Part shown: piece after piece, positions 13,683 through 29,692 of the stretch
Layout: the number at the start of each line of letters is the position of its first letter
Numbering within the stretch: the first letter of the stretch is position 1
Assembly (NCBI RefSeq): GCF_009914755.1
Contig: NC_060948.1
DNA: 64,000 nucleotides
Source of the DNA: the human T2T-CHM13v2.0 reference genome, Homo sapiens
Reading direction: 5' to 3' (one strand)
The notes under the pieces: model-generated
Seen by the model: only the letters and a program-made list of their open reading frames with translations
Told to the model about the DNA's origin: nothing
Databases searched by the model: none
Made by a program: the position numbers and the translations under genes

Positions 13683-13870
13683 CGGTGAATCTTGAACCTA
13701 GCTGCTAATCAGAATCACCTTAAGGACATTTTAAAAACACAAATTTCTGAAGCTGCCCTAAGAACAGATAATTAGAATCTGTATTAAAAAAAAATAAGGA
13801 AACCATAAAACAAAACCAATCTGCACATTATCCTTAAAAAGTCACCTGTTAATAGAACCATGCTGGGACC
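13683..13870. mobile_element. MER5-like hAT-Charlie MITE remnant
   Basis: TCAGAATCACCT...TTTAAAAA...AATTAGAATCTG motifs. Confidence 0.45.
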
Positions 13871-14336
13871 CTATTAACACAGAACAATATTGATATTCTA
13901 ATCTATTTCTGAAATTATTAGAAAAATTACATGTTTTAGCATAGATAAGGGATACTTTATAGCTTACATTTAAACATATGTGTTTATCTGAAGTCATCAA
14001 ATATTTCTTGAGAAGCATTTATTCAAGATACAGTATTAGGCAATTTATGGAATAAAAACATGCCCTGTCTTCAAAGAGTTTATAAATACTAGAGAAAAAT
14101 GTGTATTAGTGAATATTAGAAAATAGTAATGATCAATTTGACAAAATTCAGTGGGCCAAATGATTCAGAAATATTTTTACTTTTTCACATAGGTAATAAT
14201 CATCTTGTCCATTTTATATCCAAGGTTCAGCTGAAGTCCTACTTTCTTGAAAAAAAATTCCTGGATTACTCTTATTCTGGAAATATTATGTAACATATTT
14301 ATTTAATCTTTACATGTTAGTCAATGATGTAATCAT

Positions 14337-17005
<2,669 letters not shown>

Positions 17006-17006
17006 A

Positions 17007-19350
17007 CTTTTTAAGACTTCATATTTTACAGTTCCTAGTAAAATTAAGAAAAAGGTACAGAGGTTTTCTATATATCCCCTATTTCCACACAAATCTAGCC
17101 TCTGCCATTATAAACATCTCCAACCAAAGTGGTACATTTGTTACACTCAGTGAATCTACATCGACATATCATTATCACCCAAAGTCCACAGTTTATATTA
17201 GAGCTCACTCTTGGTGTGTACATTCTGTGGGTTTGGAGAAATGTATATTGATGTATATCCACCATTATGGTATTATACATTGTATTTTCACTGCCCTAAA
17301 AATTCTCTGTGCTCCACCTATTTATTCCTCCCTCCCCCAAACCTTGGCAATGACTGAACTGTCTCTACAGATATGCCTTTTCCAGAAAGCCATATAGTTG
17401 GAATCATACAGTATCTAGCATTTTCTGACTGGCCTCTTTCATTTAGTAATATCCGTTTAAGGTCCCTCCATGTAATTTTATGGTTTGACATCTCATTTAT
17501 TTTTGTGTGTGTGTGCTGAACAATAATCCCTTGTCTGAATGGTTCACAGTTTATTTATATGTTCCCACACTAAAGGACATCTTCGTTGCTTCCAAGTTTT
17601 TGGAAATTACAAATAAAGCTGTTATAAACATCCGTGTGCAGTTTTGTGTGGAAATACTTTTCAATTCCTTTGTGTAAATACCAAGAAGTGTGATTGCCGG
17701 ATCCTATAGTAAGCTTTTTTAAAAAGCACCAAACTGTCTTCCAAAGTGGCTGCTCCATTTTTCATCTCTACAGCAATGAATATGATTTCCTGATGCTACA
17801 CATTCTTGTCAGCATTTGGTGGTGTTAATTTTTGGTATTAGCCATCTTAATAGGTGTGTCGTATTTAGGTGTTTCAATTTGCATCTCCCTGATGACACAT
17901 GATGTGGAACATGTACAAATATGCTTGATTGTCACTGGTATATTTCTTTTTTGAGGTAACTGTTAAGTTTGTGTCATGTTTTAGTTGTTTTCTTATTGTT
18001 GATTTTAAGAGTTCTTTATACATTTTGGATTACTGTCCTTTTTCATATGGGTCTTTTGCAAATATTTTCTCTCAGTATGTTGCTCATCTTCTCTTTCTAT
18101 TGACATTGCCTTTAACAGAGAAGAAGTTTTTAATTTTAATGAAGCCCAGCTTACAGGTAATTTCTTTCACGGATCATGCCTTTGGTGCTGGATCTTAAAA
18201 GTCATTGCCATACCCAAATCATCTAGGTTTTCTTCAACATTATTTTCTAGGAGTTTTGTAGTTGTGTGTTTTGCATTTGAATCTATAATCCATTCTGAGT
18301 TTATTTTTGTGAAGAGTGTAATATCTGAATCTAAGTTCATTTCTTTAATGTAGAAGTCCAGTTGTTCCAGTACTATTTGTTTAAGGCTGTATTTACTCCA
18401 TTGTATTATTTTGCTTCCTTTTCAAAGATAGTTGGCTAAACTCATGTGGGTCAATTTCTGGACCCTCTATTTTGTTACATTTATTTGTCTATTCTTTCAC
18501 AAATACAATACTTTTTATATTACTATAGTTTTACAGTAAATTTTGAAGTCAGATAGTGTGAGTCTTTCTACTTTGTTTTTATCTTCAATATTCTGTTTGC
18601 TATTTTGGGTCTTTTTCCTCTCCATGTAAAACTTTAGAATCACTTTCTTGATACCCACAAAGTAACATGCTGCACTTTTGATAGAGATTGAATTGGATCT
18701 GTAGATACAATTTGGAAGAACTTAGTTCTTGTCTCTATTGACTCTTCCTATTCATTAATATGGACTATATTTTCATTTACTTTGTTCTTTAATTTATTTC
18801 ATTAATGTTTTGTCATTGTCCTCATATAGATCTTGTATATTGATATGGTTTGGCTGCATTTCCACCCATATCTCATCTTAAATTGTAACTCCCATAGTCC
18901 CCATGTGTCAGGGAGGGACCCAGTGGGAGGCAATTGAATCATGAGGGCGGATTTTACCTGTGCTGTTCTCATAATAGTGAATAAGTCTCACATGATCTGA
19001 TGGTTTCATAAAGGGCAGTTCCCCTGCACATGCTCTCTTGCCTGCCACCATGTAAGACGTGCCTTTGCTCCTCCTTCACCTTCTGCCATGATTGTGAGGC
19101 CTCCCCAGCCATGTAGAACTGTGATTCCATTGAACCTCTTTTTCTTTATAAATTACTCAGTCTCAGGTATTTCTTCATAGCAGTATGAAAATGAACTAAT
19201 ATCTACATGTTTTGTTAGATTTATAGCTAAGCATTTTTGGAGGCTGCTAATGTAAATGGTATTTTGGTTTCAGATTCAAATTTTACTTGTTCATTGCTGA
19301 GATAGGAAAGCAATAAATGTCCAGCAATCTTGCTATAATTGCTTATTAAT
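17007..19350 (-). mobile_element. L1MC1, 3' segment (3'UTR and ORF2 3' part)
   Basis: L1MC1 3'UTR (GGTACATTTGTTACA, CATTATCACCCAAAGTCCA, CACTGCCCTAAAAAT); ORF2 remnant MEQPLWKTVWCFLKKL. Confidence 0.88.
18841..19203 (+). mobile_element. THE1B/C MaLR solo LTR
   Basis: TGATATGGTTTGGCTG start, AAGGGCAGTTCCCCTGCACA, GAACTAAT end, near-TSD TATAT/TACAT. Confidence 0.92.
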
Positions 19351-19864
<514 letters not shown>

Positions 19865-19884
19865 AAAATTAGCTATTACTCTGC

Positions 19885-20260
19885 TGATATGGTTTGGCTG
19901 TGTCCTCACCCAAATCTCAATTTGAATTGTAATTCCCATAATCTCCACATATCATGGGAGGGACCAGGTGGAGATAATTGAATCGTAAGGGCAGTTCCCC
20001 CATGCTGCTGTTCTCATGATAGTGAGTGATTTCTCATGAGATCTGGTGCTTTTATAAGGAGCTTTTCCCATTTTGCTGGGCACTTCTCCCAGCTGCCACC
20101 ATATGAAGAAGGATATGTTTGCTTCCCCTTCCTCCATGATTGTAAGTTTTCTGAGGCCTCCCCAGCCATGCTGAACTGTGAGTCAATTAAACCTTTTTCC
20201 TTTATAAATTAACCAGTCTTGGGTATGTCTTTATTAGCAGTGTGAGAATGGACTAATACA
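19885..20260 (+). mobile_element. THE1C MaLR solo LTR
   Basis: TGATATGGTTTGGCTGTGTCC...GGACTAATACA with perfect 5-bp TSD TCTGC (19880-19884 / 20261-20265). Confidence 0.95.
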
Positions 20261-21409
20261 TCTGCCAAAATTCATACAAGAAGAAACAGACAAACTGAAT
20301 GAACCTGTATTTATTTAAAAAATGGAATCAATAATAACCTCCCAAAACAAAGATCCAGTCTCAGATGAATTCACTGAAAAACCTAGCAAATATTTAAGAA
20401 AACTGGCTAGTTCTGGTGGTTCATACCTGTAGTTAATTCCAGGGCTTTAGGGTGATGAGGAGAGAGGATCATATGAAGCCAGGATTTAAGGCAAGCCTTG
20501 GCAACATAGTGAGATTCATATATCTATAAAAATATTAAAAGCAATTAGCCATGTATGGTAGCATACACTTGTAGTGCCAACTACTCAGGAGGCTGAAGTG
20601 AGAAGATCACTTGAGTGCAAAGTTCAAAGCTGCAATGACCTGTAATTATACCACTGCACTTCAGCCAGGGCAAAAGAGCAAGGCTCTGTCTCTAATTATT
20701 TCATTAATTGAAAAATAAAATAAAGAAAAAATTAGCCCAATTCTCTACAATTTCTTTCAGGAGATGAAAGCAAAGGCAGTATGTCTAACTCATTTTATGC
20801 AGCCAACATTGCCCTAATATCAAAACTAGACAAAAACATTACATGAAGAGAAAACTACAGGCCAATATCTTTTGTGAACATAGCTGCAAAAATCCTCAAC
20901 AAAATATTAACAAATAAAATCCAAGAATGCATAAAAATTATACCTCATGATCAAGTAGGGTTTATACCAGGTAGGAAAAGCTGGCTCAACATTTGAAAAT
21001 CAATTAATGTAATCCATCATATCAACAGGTTAAAAAAAATCACACGATTATATCTATAAATTCTGGAAAAGCATTTGATGAAATTCAAAATTCATTCATG
21101 ATAAAACTCTGAGCAAACTAGGAATAAAAAAAAATTCCTTAAGTTGATTAAACACATCTAGAAAACATATAGCTAAAATCATACTTATGATCAAAAACTA
21201 GATGTTTTCTTGCTAATATCAGGAACACCAAAAGATGTCCTCCTCTACCACTGCTCTTTTTCCACCCTGTACTGAAAATACTAGCTAATGCAATAAGAAA
21301 GGGAAGTGAAAGGCAAACAGGTTGGGAAGATAGAAAGAAAAATCTTTGTTCAAAGGTGACATAATTTCCTGTGCAGAAAAAAACCACTCTTGTAACCACT
21401 CTTGTAATT
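20261..21409 (+). mobile_element. L1MC1 ORF2 middle segment, inverted relative to its flanking segments
   Basis: RT-region remnants (GAAAACTACAGGCCAATATC, CATGATCAAGTAGGGTTTATACCAGG) on +, filling the gap between two minus-strand L1 segments. Confidence 0.85.
20405..20730 (+). mobile_element. AluJ (diverged)
   Basis: Dimeric Alu with J-type GGCAACATAGTGAGA and AAGCTGCAATGA; A-rich tail. Confidence 0.85.
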
Positions 21410-21427
21410 CTGTAGCCTGAGAACCAG

Positions 21428-21508
21428 TGGGTACATACTGCCCTTGGATTGGAAGTTACACCATTGGCACTCACTGCTTCTCAGGCTACAGACTTAAGAC
21501 TTGAAATT
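21428..21508 (+). mobile_element. MLT2C-like LTR, continuation fragment
   Basis: CTGCCCTTGGATTGGAAGTTACACCATTGGC...TTCTCAGGC matches the MLT2 middle region in sense orientation. Confidence 0.7.
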
Positions 21509-23515
21509 AGTCCATTTCATTTGTTATCAAATTTGTGGTAATAACATTGTTCACACTATTTATTATTGTTTTAATAGCCATATGACCGTATTGATATCCC
21601 CGCTTTTATTTTTTATTCTATCTTCTCTTGATTTTTTTTTTGTAAGCCTGGCTAGAAGCTTATCAATATTATCTAGGTTTTCAAAGAACCAGCCTTTGGT
21701 TTCATTGATTTTTCTCTCTCAATTTCCTTATTTTAAATTTTATTGATTTATTCCATATTTTTATTACTTTTTTCTTCTGCTTACTTTGAATTTAACGTGC
21801 CCTGTTCTACTTTCTTAAAGTAAAAGATTTCAGATGCTTCTTATTTTCTAATATATGCCTTCAATGTTATAAATTTATCTCTAATCACTGATTTTTTTCT
21901 GCTTTCCTCAAATTTTGATAACTTGTGTTTTTATTTCCATTTATTTCAAAATATTTTAATATCTCTTGAGATTTTTTTCTTTGACCCATATGTTACTTAG
22001 AAGTGTGATGTTTAACAAGTATTTTGAGATTTTTAAGCTTTCTTTCAATTATTGATTTCTAGTTTAATTACATTTTGGTCTGAGAGCATACTTTGTGTAA
22101 TTTTATTATTATAAGTTGAGGTGCATTTTATGGTTCAGCATATGGTCGATCTTGGTGAATGTTTTATGTAAGCTTAAGAAGAATGTGTATTCTATTGTTA
22201 TTGGATGAAGTAGTCTATAGATGTCAATTATATCCAGTTCATTGATGATCTTGAGTTCACTAATGTCTTTAATGATTTCCTGATGGCAGGATTAGTTCAT
22301 TTATGATGGAGGGGTGTTGAAGTCCCCATAAAGGATTTATCTATTGTTTCTTACAGTTCTATCAGTTTCTGCCTTACATATATTGTTGTTGCCTCACATG
22401 AGTATTTTGCCTCCCATACTCTGTTGTTACGTACATACAAAATAAAAGTTATTATTGCTTAGTAGAAAATTTAGGTTTATATCTATAAGTAATGCCACCT
22501 TTATCCCCATTAATTTTATTTGCTGTAAAGTTTGCTCTAACATTATCTATCCAGCTTGCTTTTGATTAGGGTTAGCATGGTATATCTTTCTTCATCTCTT
22601 CAGTTTTAATCTATATGTGTCTTTATATTTAATGTGAGTTTTTATAGACAACAAGTAGTTGAGTCTTGTTTTTTGATCCGCTTTGAAAATTTTTGTTTTA
22701 ATTGTTATATTTAGGGTATTAGAATTGAAAGTAATTATTGATATAGTTGGATTAATACATATCATATAGGTTAATGTTCTCTATGTGTTGCCCTTGTCAT
22801 TTATGATGATGTTTGTTTTCTCTTTTTCTCTCTTTTTTGGTTTTAATTGAACTTTTTATACGTTTCCATATGCCCTCCTCTTTTAGAATATAAATTATTG
22901 GTGTTTTTTTCCTCCTTTTAGTGGTTGCTCCAGAGTTTGCAGTATATATTTGCAGCTAATAAAAGTCTGCTTTTAAATGACCCTATACCACTTCACCACG
23001 AGTGCAAGAGGCTTATAAATAACAAAATATTTCTATTTATCGTTCCCTCCTCATTGTATTATTTCTATCACTCATTTCACTTGTAGATAAGCTGTAATTA
23101 TCAAATATGTTACTGCTATCATTAGTTTGACCTGTTTTCTGTTAAATCAATTAAGAATAAGAAAAATAAGAATTGGTATTTTAAGTTCACTTATTTCGTC
23201 TCTAATGTCCTTACTTTCTTTATGTAGATCTAGAGTTTCTTACCTGCATTATTTTTATTCTCTTTGAGGAACTTCTTTTAACATTTCTTGTAAGTGAGAT
23301 CTACTGCCAAAAAACTGAGGAAGTCTTTATTGTTGCTTCACATTTAAAGGGTAATTTCACAGGATATGACATTCTAGGTTGGGGATTGTTTTCCCCTCAA
23401 CACTAATTATTTTACTAATTCCACTCTGATTTGTATAGTTTCTTAGGAAATGTTAGATGTAATTTTTATCATATTCCCTCATACTCTGTAAGTAAGTTCC
23501 CCACCATCCGGCTTC
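21500..23515 (-). mobile_element. L1MC1 5' segment (ORF2 N-terminal part, spacer, ORF1 end)
   Basis: TCCATTTCATTTGTTATCAAATTTGTGG onward is antisense ORF2, collinear with the inverted block. Confidence 0.8.
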
Positions 23516-26500
23516 TTTTTGTTGTTGCTTTTGTTTTGTGAGTATACAGTGTGTATATATATTTATAGCTTATTTGAGATATTTTGATAGAGGCATGGAG
23601 TGCATAATAATCACATCAGGATAAATGGAGTATCCATCACCTCAAGTATTTATCCCTTTTGTTACAATCAAATTACACTCTTTTAGCTATTTTATTTTAT
23701 TTCACTTTTATGTTCTTATTTTTTATTTTTTGGAGGGAATCCATTACCTGAAGCATTTATCCTTTGTATCACAAATAATCCAATTACAGCATTTCAGTTA
23801 TTTTAAGGTGTACAATTGTATCATTTTTGAATATAGTCATCCTGTGTGCTAGCAAATACTAGGTCTCATTCATCCTTTCTTACTATATTTTATAACCATT
23901 AAACATTTCTACTTTTCCACCATCATCCCACTACTCTTCCCGGCCTCTGTGTTCCATCATTCTAGTTCCTATCAATATGAATTTAATTATTTTAATCTTT
24001 AGCTCCAAATAAGTGAGAATATGAAAAGTTTGTCTTTCTGTGTCTGACTTATTTCACTTAACATGACCATCAATTCCATCCATGTTGTAGCAAGTGACAG
24101 AATTTCACTCTTTTCATGACTGAATAGTACTCCATTGTGTACATGCACCACATTTTCTTTATGCATTCATCTGTTGATGGACACTTAGGTCGCTTTCAAA
24201 TCTTGGTTATTGTGAAGAGCACTGCAATAAACATGGGAGTGCACATATCTCTTCAATATACTAATTTCCTTTCTTTTGGGTACATACCTAGCAGTGAGAT
24301 ATCTGGATCTCAGTAACTCTATTTTTTATTATTTTGAAGAACCTCCAAACTGTTTCCCAGGTTGGTTGTAATAATTAACATTCCCAGCAACAGTGTATGA
24401 GGCTTCCCTTTTCTTCACATCCTTGCCAGCATCCTTTTCTTCACATTCTTGCCTATCTTTTGGATAAAAGCCATTTTAACTGGAGTGAGATGATATCTCA
24501 TTGTAGTTTGGAGTTGCATTTTTCTGATGATGAATGATGTTGAGAACGTTTTCATATGCCTTTTTGCCATTTATGTGTCTTCATTTGAGAAATGTCTTTT
24601 CAGATCTTTTGCCCATTTTTTAAATTGGATTATTACATTTTTTTCTATAAAGTTGTTTCAGCTTCTTAGATATTCTGGTTATTAATCCCTTGTCAGATAG
24701 GTAGTTTGCAAATATTTTCTCCCATTCTTTGGGCGGTCTCTTCATTTGTTGATAGTTTCCTTTTCTGTGTAGAAGCTTTGTAACTTGATGTGATCCGATT
24801 TGTCCATTTTTGTTTTGGTTGCCTTTGCTTGTGGCAAGGATTCTTTGCCAAGTCCAATGTCCTGGAGAGTTTCCACAATGCTTCTTTTAGTAGTTTCATA
24901 GTTTCAGGTCTTAGATTTAAGTGTTTAATACATTTGACTTGACATTTGTATGTGGTGAGAGATAGGAGTCTAGTTTCATTCTTCTGCATATGAATGTGTA
25001 CTTTTCCCAGCACCATTTATAGAAGAGACTGTCCTTTCCCCAATGTATGTTCTTGGCACCTTTGTTTAATATGAGTTAACTGTAGATGTGTGGAGTTATC
25101 TATGGGTTCCCTATTCTATTCCACTGATGTATGTGTCTCTCATCATCAAATACCATGCTTCTTTGGGTACTATAGCCTGTAGTATAATTTCAAGTCAGGT
25201 AATGTGATTTCTTTAGTTTTATATTTTTTGCTTAGAATAGTTTTGGTTACTCTGGGTATTCTCTGGTTTCACATACATTTTAGGATGGATTTCTGCTATT
25301 ATTGTGAAGAATGTCATTCGTGTTTTCACAGGGATTGCATTAAATCTGTAGATTGCTTTGGATAGTATAAACATTTTTAACAATATCGAATCCTCTGACC
25401 TATGAACGTAGAATATCTTTCCATTTTTGTGTGTCTTCTTCAATTTATTTTATCGAGGTTTTATAATTTTCAGTGTAGAGGATTTTCACTTTTGTTATTT
25501 CCTGTGTATTTAATTTAACTGGTAGCTATTGTAAATGGAGTTACTTTTCTGATTTCTTTTTCATATTGTTCATTGTTGGCATATAGAATGCTTTTTCTTT
25601 GTTGATTTTGTATCCTGAAACTTTACTGTTTATCAGTTTTAATAGTTTTATAGTGGGGTCATTAGTTTTTTTAATTTAAAATCATATCATCTACAAATAA
25701 AGATAATGTGATTTCTTCCTTTCCAATTTGGTTGCTCGTCATTTTTTCTCTTGTATGACTGCTCCAGCTATGATTTGCAGAACTGTGTTGAAAAACAGTG
25801 GAGAAAGTAGGCATCCTAGTTGTGTTCCTGATCATAGAGAAAAGGCTTTCACTTTTTTCCTATTTCATCTGATACTAGCTATGGGTCTCTATTATATGGC
25901 TTTCATTCTGTTGAGGTACATCCCTTCTATACTGTGTTTATTGAAGGTTTTTAATCATGAAGGGATGTTAATTTTTGTAAGTGATTTTTCAGTATTAATT
26001 GAAATGATCATATGGTTTTTGTCTTATATTTTGTTTATATGATGTATCACATTAACTGATTCACATATGTTGAACAATCCTTGCATCCCTGGGATAAATC
26101 CCACTTGGTCATGAGAAACGATCTTTTTAATGGGTTGTAAAGTTCGGTTTGCTAGTATTCTATTGAGGAATTTTGCTCAATATTCACCAGTGATATTGTC
26201 CTATAGTGTTGTTTCTCAGATGTGTCTTAGTCTGATTTTGGTATCAGGGTAATACTGGCTTTATAGAATGAGTTTGGAAATATTCCCTACTCCTCCAATT
26301 TTTTTTTTGAAATAGTTTAAGGAGGTTCTTTAAGTGTTTGTTAGAATTTAGCAGTGAAGCCATCAAATCCTGGGTAGAAGATTTTCTATTATGGCTTTGA
26401 TCTGACTACTTTTTTATTGGTCTGTTCAGGTTTTGTATTTCTTCATGATTCAAATTTGGTAGATTGTATGTGTCTAGGAATTTATCTATTTCTTCTAGAT

Positions 26501-27145
26501 TTTCCAATTTATTGGCATATAGTTGTTCATACTAGCCACTAATGATCCTTTGAATTTTGGTGGTATCTGCTGTAATGTCTCCTTTTTCATCCTAATTTTA
26601 CTTATTTGGGTCTTTCCTTTTCTTAGTCTGGGTAAAGGTTTGTCAATTTTCTTTATCTTTTCAAAAAGTCAACTTTTTGTTTTATTGTTCTTTTGTATTT
26701 TTTTCTTTAATAAAATTAATTGATTTCTTCTGCAACATTCATTATTTCTATTTTTCTACTAATTTTGAATTTAGTTTGCTCTTGACTTCCAGTTTTTTAT
26801 AATACATTACTAGGTTGATTATTTGAAGTTTTTCTTCTTTTATAATGTAGGAATTTGTAGCTATAAACTTTACTCTTAGTACTGCTTTTACTATATCCCA
26901 TAAGCCTTGGTGTTGTGTTTCTATTAGTTGTTTCAAGAAATTTTTGAATTTCCTTTGTAATTTTTTATTGAATTACTGCTTATTCAGGAACATATTGGTT
27001 AATTTCCACATGTTTGTATGGTTTCAGAAATTCCTCTTGTTATCAATTTCTAGTTTTATTCCATTGGGATCAGAGAAGATGCTTGATATATTTCAAATTT
27101 TTGAATATTTTAAGACTTTTTTTGTGACCTAATGTATGGTCCATA
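23516..27145 (-). mobile_element. L1MA3-like 3'UTR plus most of ORF2
   Basis: 3'UTR AATAATCACATCAGGATAAATGGAGTATCCATCACCTCAAG; ORF2 remnants ILSKAIYRFNAIPVK and LWDIVKAVLRVKFIA. Confidence 0.9.
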
Positions 27146-29692
27146 CTTGTGAAGAAGACCTTTTTGTGTTGCATCTATTTGAGGATTTCAGAGCGTCCTA
27201 TATCTATATGTCTAAGCCACTTGTTAGATTTGGGAAGATTCCAGCTACTATTTTGTTACATGGGTTTTCTATGCATTTGACCTTCTTTTTGTTTTCTGGA
27301 ATACAAAAAAAAAAATTAAATATTCAGTCATTCTATGGTGTTTTATATGTCAGAGAGGTTTGGATTATTCTTTATTAATTTTTCTTTTTCTTTATTTTTT
27401 TTTCTGATTGGGTTGTTTTAGAATACCCATCTTTTAGTTTTCTAATTATTTCTTCTGCTTTTTTGAGTATTTTGTTGGAGCTCTCAAATGTATTTTTTTT
27501 TCCTATTGAGTTTATTAGGTCCATGATTTTTAAAATACTATCTATTTCCTTGGTGAATTTATCATTGATATTCTGAATTGTTTTTCTGATTTCTTTGTAT
27601 TGTTTACCTGTGTTCTCTTTATCTCACTAAGTTCTTTAATGTCATATTTTTGAATTCATTTTCTGTCACTTCATAATTTTTATTGGAATCTATTTCTGGA
27701 GAATTATTGTGTTTTTTGGAGGAGTCATATTTCAATGCTTTTTCATGTTTCTTGTTTCCTTACATTAATATCTGTTCATCTAATGTAATAATCATTTCTT
27801 CTAAGTTTTTAGATTGACTTTTGTGAACGACTTTTTCCTGAAAATACACCTATGGCGAAGGTTGGGTAGAATACTTTAGCTTTGATTCTACATGCATGGA
27901 ATAGTGCAGCCTCCATATAATTTATCCTGCTATAAGCAGTGTCAGTGGCATCTGTGATTTCTTCATTGGCTTGGTTTGTTTGTTAGTGGAGGCTGTGGCA
28001 AGACTTTGCTGGGAATGGGGGCAGCAGGTGAGCCAATCCGGTGATGGCAGTGGTGGGCTAAGTGTGTCTGTCCTTAGGCCCCAGTGCTGTCTGCAGGGGC
28101 ATTGGTGTTAGTGGGTTTAGGTGGGCCGATTCCTAGGCCTCTAGGCACATTTCTCAGGTGCTGGCAGTTGCAGTAGTGGGCCAAGCAGGTGGGCAGGACC
28201 TCAGGCCCGTGGGCAATGTCCTTAACATGAACAATGGTAGTAGCAGTGTCGGGATAACGGTTGGGCTCTCAGGTGGCACACACTAATGTTAACGGTGGTT
28301 TTGATTAGCTGTTTTGGCCAATCTCCAGGCCCCCAGTTGGAGTGTGTAGGTGTGTGACAGTGTTGGTAGCAGGAGGCTGAATGGACTTCTCCTCATTTTC
28401 CTGAGAGGAGTGCATAGATGGTGTTGGACTGGGATGGTGATCCCTAGACCTCTGTCAGTATATTCAGGCACTGGGGATGGTGTTGGTAGGCCAGGCAGGT
28501 TTGTCCTCAGGACCCCTGGCGGTGCACATGAGCACAGGCTGTGATGAGCAGGGTGGGGCAACCCATAGTAGTGGGTGGAAACAGGCTGACCTCAGTGCAA
28601 TCTAAGTGCATAGCAGCCATGCTGCTGGAGGGAATGGGGTTGCTGTCAATGAGGGCAGCCCCAGGCAGGCAAGCAGCTTTCAGGCTCTGAGGAGCATGTA
28701 CTTCAGCCCTAGAGACAGTGGAGGCAGTGGCAGTGTGTGGGGAGAGCCTGTCTTCAGTGCATGCGTTAGTGTACAGCAGCTGCGCTACTGGTAGAAGAGA
28801 GGCTGCTATCAGTGGGAGTGGCCCCAGATAGGTGGGTGGCTTTCAGGCTCTGAAGAGCACATACTTTGGCCCTTGACAGCAGCAGTGGCCATGGCAGTGT
28901 GTGTGGACACTGTCCTTAGGAAACTTGCTAGTGTGCAGTCACCTAGATGCTTATGGGGTTGGGGTTGCTCTTAGCAGCCTCAGGCAGGCAAATCTCAGGC
29001 TCTGGAGACCACATGCTTTGGCTTCCTTTGTCGTAGGGACAGTCTCCCCAGGGCACTGTACTGCCTTTTTCCCAGGGTGCAGGACTCTGTGTGGGCTAGA
29101 GTGCTGGGGACCCTTCTGCACTGTAGGGTCCAGCCAGAATTGTGCCTCTGCAGTCCTCCAGGTGTATGTGGGGGAATGTCTGTGGGGTTCTGAAGATGTG
29201 GAGATGCTGGTTCTGCTGGGCCTGAAGGCAAACTATAATCAGGTAGGGACTAGATTCTCAAAATGGGACAGGCATGTAGCTGCTTAAATCTCAAGCGGTG
29301 TGTGGGACCAGGTGTAAGTTCCCCATCTGGAGCACTACCATCACATGGACTCCAGGCAGCTCCTTACTTTAGGCTCGGGCCTGTAAGGGTCAAGGGACTC
29401 TCCAATGGTTAGGGGTTTAGGAATCCACAGTGGAAATATGAACCACTGGGAATCTCTCACTTACTCCTTCCCTGAACTGGAGAGCATCTCCAGGCTCCTG
29501 GACAATTCTGGCTGAGCTGTCTGTTTTACTTCCCTCTTCCATCCCTCAGGTGTTTACTGTCACATCTCTGCTGAATTTTAGTGCTCTTTCTTAGATGCTC
29601 TATTTAAATTAGGACTATCTTTTCACAATTTTTGTTATTTGTGGAGGAGGTGAGTATCTGATTTCTCTAGTCAGCTATCTTGAACCCTCCCC
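27146..29692 (-). mobile_element. Old L1 (L1M2-like) ORF1 N-terminal half plus long GC-richer 5'UTR
   Basis: Antisense ORF1 remnant; terminus reverse-complements to GGGAGGGTTCAAGATAGCTGACTAGAG, a degenerate YY1-type L1 start. Confidence 0.78.

Noticed and set aside
28289-29287. ORFs of 62-128 aa on both strands
   Set aside because: Inside an old L1 5'UTR with tandem units; no protein similarity recognised
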